DNA of 64,000 nt from NCBI GenBank assembly GCA_021613535.1, contig CP075497.1:8370001-8434000 (forward strand). The letters run 5' to 3'. This document shows positions 52,161 through 64,000 of the stretch, piece by piece. The DNA is from Adineta vaga (taxonomy: Eukaryota > Animalia > Rotifera). The translations under genes and the position numbers were made by a program. The stretch's first letter is position 1. The number at the start of each line of letters is the position of its first letter. The notes beneath the pieces were generated by a model. It was given only the letters and a program-made list of their open reading frames with translations. It was not told where the DNA came from and made no database searches.

Positions 52161-52895
52161 CGTTTGAGTCTGATGCAATGTTGTTTTGCTAAATGTACGA
52201 TTTCATCAGATGATATTCTATCAGTTTATATAGTTTGACAAGATTTGTTTATTCTGAATTAAGATTGGTTATCTACTTGTTTATGTGAAGCGGCCTCTTC
52301 CTATTTTCATCATCATTGGATTTAATGATGGCGGAATGACGACGGACGGACGGAATAAATCAGTCCGGTCCATTATCATTACTGACAATGACGATTGATG
52401 AATACCTACACTACATCATATCATCTGATATTTTGATTCTTTTATGTAACTGAATAAATTAGATGAACAATTTCTTTGATTATTTGCAAAATTAAAATAA
52501 CGAAACATAGATTAATCTATTATAGTTTTCTTGACTACATCTGATATAGTAATTGAATTGATGTAAGACTTTAGATTGGCTACGATATTCATCATATTGT
52601 TCTAAAAAATGATTTACTTTGTATTCATTCGTATCTCTGAGATAAAGGTGAAAAATATGCTCTTCGTTTTCTTATAGTTTAGATAATCATTAAAGAAAAG
52701 TAAATACGATGGCAACTAATTCATCAGATGTTTCAGATGATATATCACAATAATACTAAATGTCAGCTTTTTTTTATTGCATCGATGAATATTTCTAGCT
52801 GTCGTTAGTAGTCTAATGTAAATAATGATAGAAAACAGAAAGTATGTGAATGAACCGCTGAGAATAATATTAGGGATAGAACACTTAAGAAGCAA

Positions 52896-52968
52896 GCCCG
52901 TGTGGCTCAGTGGCTAGAGCACTGGTCTAGTAAACCAGGGGTCGACAGTTCAATTCTGTCCTCGGGCA
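52896..52968 (+). tRNA. tRNA-Thr(AGT)
   Basis: Cloverleaf: acceptor GCCCGTG/CTCGGGC (one U-U mismatch), D arm GCTC/GAGC, anticodon stem CTGGT/ACCAG with loop CT-AGT-AA, T arm GACAG-TTCAATT-CTGTC, discriminator A. Confidence 0.93.
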
Positions 52969-52981
52969 TAGAAAATTCCTC

Positions 52982-52987
52982 TTTTTT
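52982..52987 (+). terminator. Pol III oligo-dT terminator of the tRNA gene
   Basis: T6 run 13 nt downstream of the tRNA 3' end. Confidence 0.6.
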
Positions 52988-53326
52988 ACTGTTTTCCTTA
53001 TTTATTTCCTATCAATATGTATTGTTATCGTATCTGATTTTAATCACATTATACTATTCACTTATAAAATGTGTTTTTGCTACTTTTTCTCCTTTTTTCT
53101 AAAAACAAACTCAACAATTACCAATAAATGAGTTCTATATTATGATGACATCATTGACTGATATGTCGAATAGTCAAACCGTTTCTTAACATTTCCCTTC
53201 TCAATTATCATCGATTAAATCTGAATTAAAAATAGATCTGCGCGTGTCTCTAAAGTCGCAAGATCAAGTTTGAATACTCTATATAAATAGACGTTTATAT
53301 TGAAGAATATTATATAAATTTATTCA

Positions 53327-54386
53327 ATGGATTCTGATTCTGGCCTACTTCTTCTTGCTAATCTTTCACAAAAAATCACTTTTTATTGTCCTATTGTAAT
53401 AATTATCATTGGAAATATTGGATGTTTATTTAATTTTATTACATTTACATCACGAAAATTAATTCATACATCATGTTCATTATATTTTCTTATTGCATCT
53501 ATATTCGATCTTCTAACACTTGATTTTGGAACATTAACACGATTTCTCTCTGATCATTATCGATATGATCTTTATAACTATTCACAAAGCTTTTGTAAAA
53601 TACGTCAATATCTTATTAATACTTTTCCTTCGATTGCAACATGTTTTATTGTATTAGCAGCTATGGATCGTTATTTATGTACTTCATCAAGATTAAAATA
53701 TCGTTCATTTGCTACAATAAAATATGCGAAATATTTTCTTACATTTTCTATTATCATTTGTATGCTATTAAATATACATATGTTGATATTTGCTGATCTA
53801 AGACCAACGTGCAGTTTTCTATCAGGAAACTATAATTTCTTTATTGTAATTTATAGTCTTGTTGTCACATCATTTATGCCACATTTTCTTATGCTTTACT
53901 TTGGTTTTGGTACACGATGGCATATTCATTTGGTACATCATCGTGTGATTCCTCTCAACATTCAACAACGTCGAAGACAACGAACAGAAATACAACTCGT
54001 TACAGTAAACTGAATTGAAATTCCATTCAAATTCACAAATCATTATATTTCTTATAATTTAGATGATGTTGTTTCAAGTAGGTATATCTACGTTATTGAT
54101 TTTCACTCGAATGATCTATTTTTCATATAATGTTGTAACTAATAATCAAGACAAAACATCTTTTCAGAAAGCAATGGACTCATTTTTCTCACAATTAACA
54201 ACTCAATTATTTTATTTAAATTATGCGAAATCATTTTATGTTTATACATTAGCAAGTAAATATTTTCGACGAATATTTTTCGAAAGATCTATTCAATTCT
54301 TCCAACCATTCTTTCCCAAACGAACAAATCATCGTACAATTCAACAGCGAATTTTACCTGCACAAACGAACTATCTTTGTACATAA
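53327..54386 (+). CDS. Class A (rhodopsin-like) GPCR, 2 exons
   Basis: GNIG..FN in TM1, SCSLYF...D, FCKIRQY, AAMDRY, NYAKSFYVYTL.S.YFR. Phase-0 intron at ~54005-54062. Confidence 0.88.
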
Positions 54387-55011
54387 TATCATTTGATAAA
54401 TATGATGAAAACTATTCTTACTAAATTCATTACCAAATGGATCACGAGAAGATTGGATTCAAATTCTGCCGTAAGTATGACTATAATAGATAGCACGAGA
54501 TTGAAATAGATTTTAATCGTAGTTATTTTGGTTAATTTAATCCATGAAAAAAAATCAAGAGATAATTCAGTGAAAAGAGGAAACCATAGTATAGACGATC
54601 GAATAGTGAAATATGTATTAATGTTTCTTGAACAAAAGCATAGCATCTGGTAAGAAAAATCGATTTTCATTAGTAAACAATCACGAGAACAGCACTTTAT
54701 CTCTAGTAAAACTCGAATCTCAAACAATTGGTATTCTAGGCTTGAAATTTCTTCAAATTTCCATGTTTTTCATGATAGATAAACGTAATATGTAAAATCA
54801 TAGCATACATTCACATTCTATCACAATAGATCAAATATCTGTCAATAATTGCATGTTTCTTTTATTCTCCAAACTTGAAAACAAATATTTCATGTTATGA
54901 TAAATTTGATCTTGTATTCTGAATATGTCTTACATTTAGATATATAAATGTACATTTAAAAAGTGTTTGAAGAATAGATGCTTGTCATCAAATATAAATC
55001 CATTGATAGAA

Positions 55012-55950
55012 ATGAATGAAACAACGATTGTAGAACCAAATGAAACATTTTTCATTGTTGTTTTTTCATTTATTATCCTTTTAATTTCAATTGGAATGAC
55101 TATGTCATTAATCTATATTGTTTCTATTATAAGAAACAACGCACTTCAATCTATTTCCACTCTTCTCTCTTGCAATTCATGTATTATCGGTTTATTCTAT
55201 TTCACGTTTCATATATTTTATGTTATTTTCGCTTTTTATCCATTACCAAATTATCGACAGAATTCTTTTGTATGTGCATTTATTGGTTATTTGTATTCAG
55301 TAACATGTTGTGGCATTAGTTGGTCTCATGCAGTTCTCGCAAGTAATCGTTTATGTTATTCAATTTTTCCAAAAATTCGACGATTACTTACATATAAATT
55401 CGCATGGTATCTAATTGCTGTGCATTGGTCACTAACATTTCTTCTACCTTTTCCTTTGATATTCTTTAATGCATACCAATATCAAAGTGAATCACGCATA
55501 TGTATTTTAACAACACGAAAAACAAGTACAGCATTGACAGGTGTCATTCTATTTTATAATATTCCTTTTAGTGTTTTCATTATTATTTATATTCTTGTCT
55601 GGCGTCATGCACATCGTTCAACTCAGACAGTTGTTTCTCGTCCTACACGTGATATGGCTATCATGCGTCATATTCTTACATTAGTAATTATCGATATAGT
55701 TTGTGGACATCCTTATATGACACTGATTCTTCTGGATCATTTGGGTACAGCAACGAAAGAATGGTATTTGTCTGTTACTGTTTTTATAACAATGAGTGTT
55801 ACAGCTAATATGTGTGCAATATTTATATTTAATCGAAAGTTGAGAAAATTTTTATGTTCGAAATGGTCTACTGCACAATCAATTGTAACGACGACATCGT
55901 CTGGATTTAAACCTATGCGTACTGCAGCATATTATTGTTATGAGTGGTAA
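55012..55950 (+). CDS. Divergent intronless class A GPCR
   Basis: Seven hydrophobic segments, N-terminal N-glycosylation sites (NET x2), TM3 Cys (FVCAFIGY), ASNRL in place of DRY, ECL2 Cys (ESRIC), FNRKLRK helix 8. Confidence 0.85.
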   Translation: MNETTIVEPNETFFIVVFSFIILLISIGMTMSLIYIVSIIRNNALQSISTLLSCNSCIIGLFYFTFHIFYVIFAFYPLPNYRQNSFVCAFIGYLYSVTCCGISWSHAVLASNRLCYSIFPKIRRLLTYKFAWYLIAVHWSLTFLLPFPLIFFNAYQYQSESRICILTTRKTSTALTGVILFYNIPFSVFIIIYILVWRHAHRSTQTVVSRPTRDMAIMRHILTLVIIDIVCGHPYMTLILLDHLGTATKEWYLSVTVFITMSVTANMCAIFIFNRKLRKFLCSKWSTAQSIVTTTSSGFKPMRTAAYYCYEW

Positions 55951-56136
55951 TATTATAGCAAGTCTTACAACACAACCAGTTCAAACCAGAACTGCTATGA
56001 GTGAAGAGTAATATAAAAGTTTGTTATTGTAGAAAAAGAGACATTTACATTTGTATATTGCTAATAATAAATATGTGCAGAAAGTATACACACTTTTCTG
56101 ATGTTCTTAAGAAGAAAATCGATCGAATCTAATACA

Positions 56137-56922
56137 TCAATCAGTTTTGTTTAAATCAATTACAATCGGTGAATGAGCCATACGAAAATAACTATCACAT
56201 AACGAAGCATTGATAAACAATGTTCTTCCAAAATCATCTTCATTTTTCATTTGTCCATAGGATGCATGTACATGACCAAAAACATGAAGTTTTGGTTTAA
56301 CTCGCGTTAATACCGATTGTAATAATTCCTTACAACCTATACTATATCCACGCATAGATTTATCAAGAATACCATGAGGTGGACTATGTGTAAGAAGAAT
56401 ATCTGTATCCGTAGGTATATCAAACCAGTGACGATGAATTTCATTGGAATCTTTACAATGTTCAGATAACCAACCACTATTTATAAATTAATAATTGAGA
56501 TGCTTTTTCAAAGGAAAAGTTTTGAATACATACCTTCCATAGAATTTCCATCCTGTTATTGGATCTTGAAAAGAATTATCTTGAAGATAGACAATACCAT
56601 AATCAGTTATTAGTGACTTATCTGTTTTCAATTGTTCAATAGCTGGTGGAAGTTTTTTATAGCGTTTTTTCGTATAAAATCGTTTCCATTCATGATTACC
56701 GACAATAACGATTTTTAAACGATATTGTGTGAGAGTTTTTAACCAATTTAAAAATTTCTCAACTTCCATTTCCGTTCCATTATGAGTAAAATCTCCTGAA
56801 TGGATTAAAATATCACCTGTTGGAAGAATGAAATCATACTGATCATGACTGTCACTAATACATACAAATCGTATGGTAGATGCCGATAAATTATTTTCAT
56901 TTTCAAAAATTGCTTCAGCCAT
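56137..56922 (-). CDS. Calcineurin-like metallophosphoesterase (MPPED1/2-like), 2 exons
   Basis: RFVCISDSH, GDILIHSGDFT, KIVIVGNHE, IPTDTDILLTHSPPHGILD, GCKELL, PKLHVFGHVH, FINAS. Confidence 0.92.
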
Positions 56923-57616
56923 TTTCACAAGAAAAAACAACTATGTCAATAAGTTTAGAAACACAGACATTTTGTAGTGATGTAAGTAATTTCGCAACTC
57001 AATGCAATGAGTCATAGATAGAGAAATTATTGTAATTCGGTTGAAAATAGGAGAAAATCTAGTGATAATGAATGTTGAAGATATTATTCATAAGCGTTTG
57101 GCAATCGTAAACAAGTTTTTTTTATTCTAATTGTTTTCCTTTGAATGATTCGTTGTCATACTCTACTTGACTTTAGTTTGATGATATTAACATAGGTATT
57201 ATTCGCAAGACTGATTGTGTTCAGCAAAGAATCGATGGTACTTTACCTCACATTTTAATTTAATATAATGGTACCTGACGTCCTCTAATCATTTATTCGG
57301 CAATGATGCTACTTTTTTTTCATTTGTCTCGTTAATGAATTTACCTGACGTGTGTAATTCAATGTACCATTAGTGATCCATGGTAACTCAATGTAACTAA
57401 CGATTCCTATGATGATTGTAATATAAAAAGAAAATATTTACACAATACATATACATTTATTTCATAGTAAAATTAATCTGGTTAACTACAGACTTATACG
57501 GATTGAGAACATATACAAACTTTATGTAAAACAAAAGGAAGAGAAAAGATTTATAGAAAAAATGCTTATCAAACAGTTTTAAATCTTATAAAATATATAT
57601 ACTGTAGATTTTGTTT

Positions 57617-57934
57617 TCATTTACGAATGACGATTAAAATAGGCATTGTGGTCATTTTAGGATGAGGATCCAATGGATCAATCCATTGTGTTACATTCCA
57701 TGGAGCATCGGAAGTTGTGAATGGACCTAAATAAAGAAAATGAATGAAAAAAGCAAGATGTTTTATCATATATTAGATGAATACTTCGTGAATGTGCACC
57801 ATAGTCGGAAGGACCATGATGTGAAGCACTGAAATGAATTGTAAGCAAATTTTCCTTTCACCAAATAATTTTACTTACGAGCTTGAGCGTAAGAGTTCAT
57901 GTGGACGTTTAACTTTATATGCAACATTACCCAT
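57617..57934 (-). CDS. 69-aa three-exon microprotein with MG N-terminus
   Basis: Exons 57879-57934, 57785-57828 and 57617-57726 joined by canonical GT-AG introns give MGNVAYKVKRPHELLRSSSASHHGPSDYGAHSRSPFTTSDAPWNVTQWIDPLDPHPKMTTMPILIVIRK*. A further 5'UTR intron lies at ~57952-57989. Confidence 0.7.
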
Positions 57935-59140
57935 ACTTAAATTCGAAACAACTTAAAAGATATTTTTTCGACAATAAATGAGGACTAACCTTCAACGTAT
58001 ATCTCGCGTGTAAATTATGATAAAAATAAACAGTAAATATTATTCAATGGCCAATAACTAAAATTTCAAATGAAAATATTTTGTAAAAATCAAAATAACA
58101 CGACGAAAAAAGAATATGTTAGATTTAATAAACGAAAAAAACATTCGCACACACATTGAGTCTTGAGAAAAACTAATTAATATTGAATTAGATGAGAATG
58201 AAAAAGAAATGTATACGAGTTGTTGAATGTAGAAGGAAAAAATCGATGATAGTATCTGCTTACTATCACCCCATTTCATGCATATGTATAGGACGCACAC
58301 ATTGCAATCAACCGTGAAAATAGTCAATATTTTTTTGTCAATGTCTATACTAAAGAAGAAAAAAAATGTATTGATCACTTTTTTTTTCGAACGCAAGAAG
58401 AATAAAATTAATCTATAGCAATGACTAGAACATTCAACACAAGAAAATTCGAAATAGATAAAATAGAATCGTTTTATTATGCTAATAATATTTTGATATA
58501 TGTCAAATGTATTTCAATTAGTGTTCTAAATTTAATTTATATCGATGAATAATAATCAAAACGTAGGAAGGTAAATAAAAGTCGGAACAAATATAAATGA
58601 TAGAAATCGTTTTGATTAACGATTGATTGTATAAAATTAATTCGAAATATATAATTGTCGTATATTACAGTGAATCGTTTCTTTTAACTTTCAGAAGATT
58701 AATCTAATTGATTCGCAAGATATTAGTACAATAATAAAATATTGACACAGTCTTTACTTAAACATATGATTTAGTGATACGTATCACTATATGACAATCA
58801 TCATCAAGAAACTATTGTGTGATATTATGTGTAATAGGGTTGCGAAAAATAAATTCGAATTTTTCTATAACTCATAAAATTATATTTGATTGATTTAATT
58901 TTTGTCAATGATATGTCGAATATATGAAATTTTGTCTTATCTATCAAACCGTATAACCCATCAATAATCGTTGGAAACAATTCAATGGCCTACTTTATAT
59001 ATATTTTTGTAACTTAAAAAAAAGCCATAAATAGTTGTTACGTTGGCAAGGTTTTTCTTTTCTTTCTCTTTGGTTGCCAACAACAGAATTATGGAGTCTT
59101 TTTTTCTTCTCGCATTTTGGTGTTATTTTTCTTTCCAGTC

Positions 59141-62100
59141 ATGTCAAATCCATCTAGACAACAGCGACGTTTTCCATCGCGAACACCGGTGCGTATTTCA
59201 CGAAATTATCCGAAATTACCACCTATCCCTCAAACAGCTCATTCAATAGATCCTGATAATGATTCGGATAAACATATAAGCATAATTCATCCAGCAGAGC
59301 ATACGTTACCCTCAACCAAACTTGTTCCAATAACTCCTGTACTATCAAATGAAGATCTTTCAACGAAACCTGTATTAGATGGTACTGATATCGAGAGTAA
59401 TCGTGACTTATCAACATCCATAGATGTAAGTGAATTTTGGGCGAAATTACGACGACATATTGCTAATGAATCATTATCAAATCCTGATGATCATGGATGT
59501 CAACAAACACCAAATAAAGTTGTACGAATATTTGTATCGTCGACATTTACAGATTTCTTTAATGAACGTGAAATTTTAATTAAAAAAGTAATAAAAACCA
59601 TCATAAAGAACGATAGAATTATTCTATCTTTTGAATCTAAAGGTATTTCCTGAATTACGTGATGAATTAGAACCAGTGGGTCTTCAAATCATCGATTGTG
59701 ATCTTCGATGGGGTGTAAGTAGAATTTTTATTGAGTATTCGATCAAATAATCGTAGAAATGACTTAATAACTGTTGTTCAACTATGTGAAATTTCAGAAG
59801 ATCGAATTGATATCAACAAGAAATTTCTAATCTTCAATCAATGATTGTTTCGAAAATATTTAGGTACCAAAAGATTCAACTACTGAACAAACTATTCTTA
59901 CCTGTCTGGAAGAACTTGATCGATGTTTTGAAGATAATGGTCAACCATTCTTTATCGGTCTTATTAGTGATAAGTAAGTTTCATCTTCTCTCTTCTTCTC
60001 ACATACATTTCGCTAATTATCTCAGTATCATTCCTTTCATATCGAACAGTTTACTATCTACAGACATAGACTCGTAAAACATGCTGCTCATAATATTTTC
60101 CAATGATATATTCAAAATTCAAATCAAATTTTTTGTTCATTTAGATATGGTTGGGTACCAAAACTTCATGAACTACCCGATAATATAAAAGAACGCTATC
60201 GTTGGATTGATGGAGCATCAATAACTTTAATGGAATTCATACATGGTGCATTTCGTACCCACAATCCGAACGCATTTTTTCTAATTCGCAAATCTGAAAA
60301 TATACTCAAAAATCTTCCTGAGAAATATACTGATAAATTTCGTGATAAAGATGAAATCAGTCAAAAACAAGTTCTAGAACTAAAACATCAATTATCACAA
60401 ATTGTTCCACCGGAACATATTTTTCAATATGATTGTTTTTACAATGGTCTAGATTCAACAACTGGACGTGAACGAGTATGAAACAGATGTTTGTTATCGC
60501 TTTAAAAATGATTTATTTCTTAAGGTAAGAGTTGATGGTTTAGAAGAATTTGGAATGAAAGCAAAAGAATTTTTATCAGAAGCCATTAAAAATTGGTATT
60601 CAGAAAATTTTGATAATGCAACATCTATAGACGCTGGTAATTTCAAATGATGATTATATGATTTACAAAGATTGTTCTGTTATTTTAGAACAGAAACAAA
60701 TGAACACATTTCTATTAAATAAAACTCAATTTTTCGTTGATCGATCTGAAGAATTCTCTATGTTATTAAAATATATTTCAGACGATCCTATCGATGGCAA
60801 AAAACCTCACAGTAAATAAACAACTATCTTCTCTTATCAAATCACTGATCACAAATGCTTTGTTTTCTTTCAGAAATAAGTGCTGATCCTGTCGATCATC
60901 AACCTATAATGTCAATTGTCAGTCCAGCTGGTGATGGAAAAACGATGTTACTTGGCAAATTCGTCTTACATATCGAAGTAAAATGATGAAAAACCTTCTA
61001 ATCATTTGGTGATCATTTCAACTTTTATTCAATAGGAAACTATGAAAGATAAATTCTTTCTCTTTTATCATTTTCTTGATGGAGCATTTCATCCAACTGG
61101 TAGTTCATTCATGCATGCGAATTTAACACAAAAACTCAATAAATATCTGGGTAGAAAACGATCTGAAATATAAATGAAACAATTTCGAATTATTTAGACG
61201 AACATCAACTTATTTCTCCAAATACAGGAGAACGACCGAATGTAACTGATGAAAATTTTATACGAGAAGCTATTGCATTATTACCTGTTCCCTTTGTTAT
61301 TATCATTGATGGATTAGACAAAGTAGAATCATACTTAGCAACATTTCCTTCTAATTAAAACATTTCTCTTAGGGTGATATTCATCATCAACGAAAATATC
61401 ATGAAGAATTTTTATTTGCGAATTATAAAGATTTAGCAAGTAATCATACATATATGTTAATCAGTTCTGAACCAAATTCGCCTTTATATCATGAAATTCG
61501 AAGATATGATTATTATGAATTATACCTTAAACCATTAACTATTGAACAACGTTCTACATATGTTGAAAACTTTTTTCAACGATTTAATAAGGTAAGATGA
61601 AAGAAAAGATTAAATGTAATAATAATTAAGGAAATTTAATTGAAATATTTTAAATTCGAACCCAAACCATTCCTTGAACATGATAAACAGTAAAACCAGT
61701 AATTCGTTCAATTGATGAAATTTTCACGAGTTTTTTATGTGAAGATGGAATAAGATTGATTAATAAACATCGATATGTATTGATTTCTGATGATAGATGA
61801 ATGGTATTTGTACGAGAGTAGAGAATATGCGATTGTAATTCAGACATTTGAAGTTCTAATCGTTGATATTCATCATTTAAAACTTCATTTTCTTGTTGAT
61901 TTTGTTCGAGTAATTGATTGAGATTATTTTCTAATTGTTCTTTAGAAGAAGAAGAAGAAAAGGAAAAAAAGAATTCTATTTAAAAGAATTGAATATCTCT
62001 TACTTAATTGTTTTTGAAGAGATTGATTGTGTTGTGCTAATTCAATAATTTCTTTCGATGTATTGACTTTTTCATCGGAATGAAAATCTTGTTGAAATGA

Positions 62101-64000
62101 TTCGAATTTCATTTGATATAACGTTTCTAATTCAATCAATTGACTTTGATTATATTTTTTGTAATCGTTCCTAAACAAAAATTGTGAAGAACTTCATATC
62201 AATTTTTAAAATTCTTACCGAATTTTTTGTAAAGTATTTTCTAGTTCAGTTTTTGTAAAGAAATTATTCGAATCATGTTGAATCTTTTCAAGTAAGTCAA
62301 ATTCTTGTTGACATCGTTGATTATATTCTTGTTCGAATAGAATTTTTTCTTTTAAAGTATATAAATAATTTTCAATTTTCATACGTTCATAAATAATAGT
62401 TGTATAATCATGTGTATAACTATTTAATTTCGTTAAATATTCATAATAAAGTTTCTTGTTTAACTAAAACAGAATTATGTTGATGAGAATTTTTAATAGA
62501 TGTGTCTTACTTGAAAATCCATTTGTTGTTTTTCATATTGTTCTTTCAAGAAACTTAATTCATAAGTATCACTTTCGAGTTTTTGTTGTAGAGATTGAAA
62601 TTTTTCTGTTGAAGAAAAAATTTGTAGTTTATTTCTGTAGAATCGTCGATCATAATCGGCACGTTGTAAACGTATTTGTGTTACAACATATTGTCGTAGT
62701 TGATTATTCAATTGTCGACGAAGATCAGTAAATTCTGTTTGAGAAACAAGATGATTTGAATCATTTTTCATGTATGTTTCATGAATATTTTCAATCTCTG
62801 TACGTAAATTGATATTAATATCAGCTAAATTTTTGATTTTATCAAGATAATTTGCAAAACGATTGTTTAAGATGTTCATTCCTTGTTGTTCATCTTCAGT
62901 TTTCATTCGAGAATAATCAGCACTTTTTGCACGATTTTTACTTACTGTTCGACCTTCCATTGTGATTCGTGATTGTCGAAAACTTTGAGATAGATCTTCC
63001 AGAGAATTTGTTGTTATTGTTGTTCTTTGATGTTGCATTTGATTTCTTATGTAAAAAAATCAATATTTGAGAGGCATAGAAGTTAGTTAAAAGACGTTGT
63101 TATTCATTTGTATAATGACATATACTTGATAAGAAATTTGTCATTTATTCTTCATAGACCTTGATCAATTTTAAAGATAAATTTATTTTATGCAAATGAA
63201 GACAATAATAAGTTTGTGGTTTCTTTCTTTTTCTTTAGAAAAGGATGCGATTGGTTTAAACGAATATTCACGAAAGATAAAGAGTTTTTGTTGAAGAATA
63301 AGAACAAAATTGGATACTTTATTAATAGAAGAAAATCGTTGATTTTTTAATCAGATCTAATTTCTTCTCGTACTATTTACAGACTTTCATATTACTTCGT
63401 TCTTTTTTTGTCACTGCTCTCTTTTACTTCTCGGTATATATAAATATCCACTTGAATTTTTAAACCTACAAATATATTTACGAGTCAATAACAACTATAT
63501 TGAAGTATTCGTGTCAATGATATGAGATTTTGAAGTTTTTTTGCATACATATAGAAAGATTTTTTATTAACTATAAGTGAATGAAATATATAAGGAAGAC
63601 GAAGGAAAAAAACGTCGATCTAATGAATAAATAAATAATATGAAATTTTCTTTCTTAGACTCTTGAAGCTGAACAAAAAAATTTAATTGTAAATAATAAA
63701 GGTGGTGAACATCCTCTTTATCTTGCCTATCTATGTGAAAATCTTCGTCAATTTGGTGATTATTCATTGATTACAAAACGTTTGAAAGGATATCCACAAA
63801 CAACTGAAGAATTAATCGATGTATTACTTGATGAAGTCAGTGTTACAATTGGTAATCAACCAGTTCTTGATGCTGTAGGTAGAATTGAATTCTATTTTTT
63901 TCTTCTCTTAATTAGAATATCGATTGTTATCTTAGTTCTTTAAATTGTTAATTGCATCGAATATTGGAATATTGGAATCAGATATGGTGACAATGCTTGA
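59141..64000 (+). CDS. DUF4062 + NACHT-like STAND NTPase (TEP1/NWD/TTC41-like), 5' part, runs off the right edge
   Basis: VVRIFVSSTFTDFFNEREIL|FPEL...IDCDLRWG, CLEELDRC, YGWVP, SITLMEF; Walker A SPAGDGKTMLL; Walker B VIIIDGLD; RFNK|TL...HPLYLAYLCENLRQFG across the 2-kb intron 61592-63658. Confidence 0.87.
61650..63038 (-). CDS. Nested antisense intermediate-filament protein, 4 exons
   Basis: Coil-1A motif LNNRFANYLDKIKNL and coil-2B end LSSEINTYRCLL; the heptad-rich exons join in frame. Entirely within the NACHT gene intron. Confidence 0.85.

Noticed and set aside
52902-53102. 66-aa ORF MAQWLEHWSSKPG
   Set aside because: Spurious translation of the tRNA-Thr gene.
58772-58789. Perfect 18-bp palindrome TAGTGATACGTATCACTA
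   Set aside because: Roughly one palindrome of this size is expected by chance in 64 kb of AT-rich DNA; no associated element or target-site duplication.

Overview
Gene-dense, very AT-rich eukaryotic (metazoan) nuclear DNA with many short (~50-60 nt) GT-AG introns. Intron style, composition and gene content suggest a bdelloid rotifer (inference). No prokaryotic features, CRISPR array or intact transposon were seen. About 25 protein-coding loci were reconstructed by manual splicing: ADSL, NSE2/MMS21 SUMO ligase, a DHHC palmitoyltransferase, an SLC4 bicarbonate transporter, a BTB protein, two tandem ~950-aa 3-TM surface proteins, an orphan gene, otopetrin, BTBD10/KCTD20, PERK, SUMO, a stand-alone C-terminal half of BPTF/NURF301, CDP-DAG synthase, a GT61-like protein, a Rab, TIM14/DNAJC19, PEN-2, two class A GPCRs, a metallophosphoesterase and a DUF4062-NACHT protein, plus tRNA-Thr(AGT). 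Most notable: (1) the tandem 3-TM proteins (propeller-like + Cys-rich ectodomain fused to a TM-loop-TM module with ENaC/PAC-like topology), a candidate receptor-channel family; (2) two antisense genes nested in introns (a C-type lectin receptor and an intermediate filament); (3) an operon-like PEN-2/TIM14 pair; (4) BPTF fission; (5) microproteins missed by the ORF track (50-aa Cys/His-rich, 69-aa spliced MG-start) and a neuropeptide-like precursor; (6) an AIMP2-like pseudogene with three in-frame stops; (7) three single-base frameshifts clustered in 6 kb, probably assembly errors. All family assignments come from remembered motifs, not database searches.
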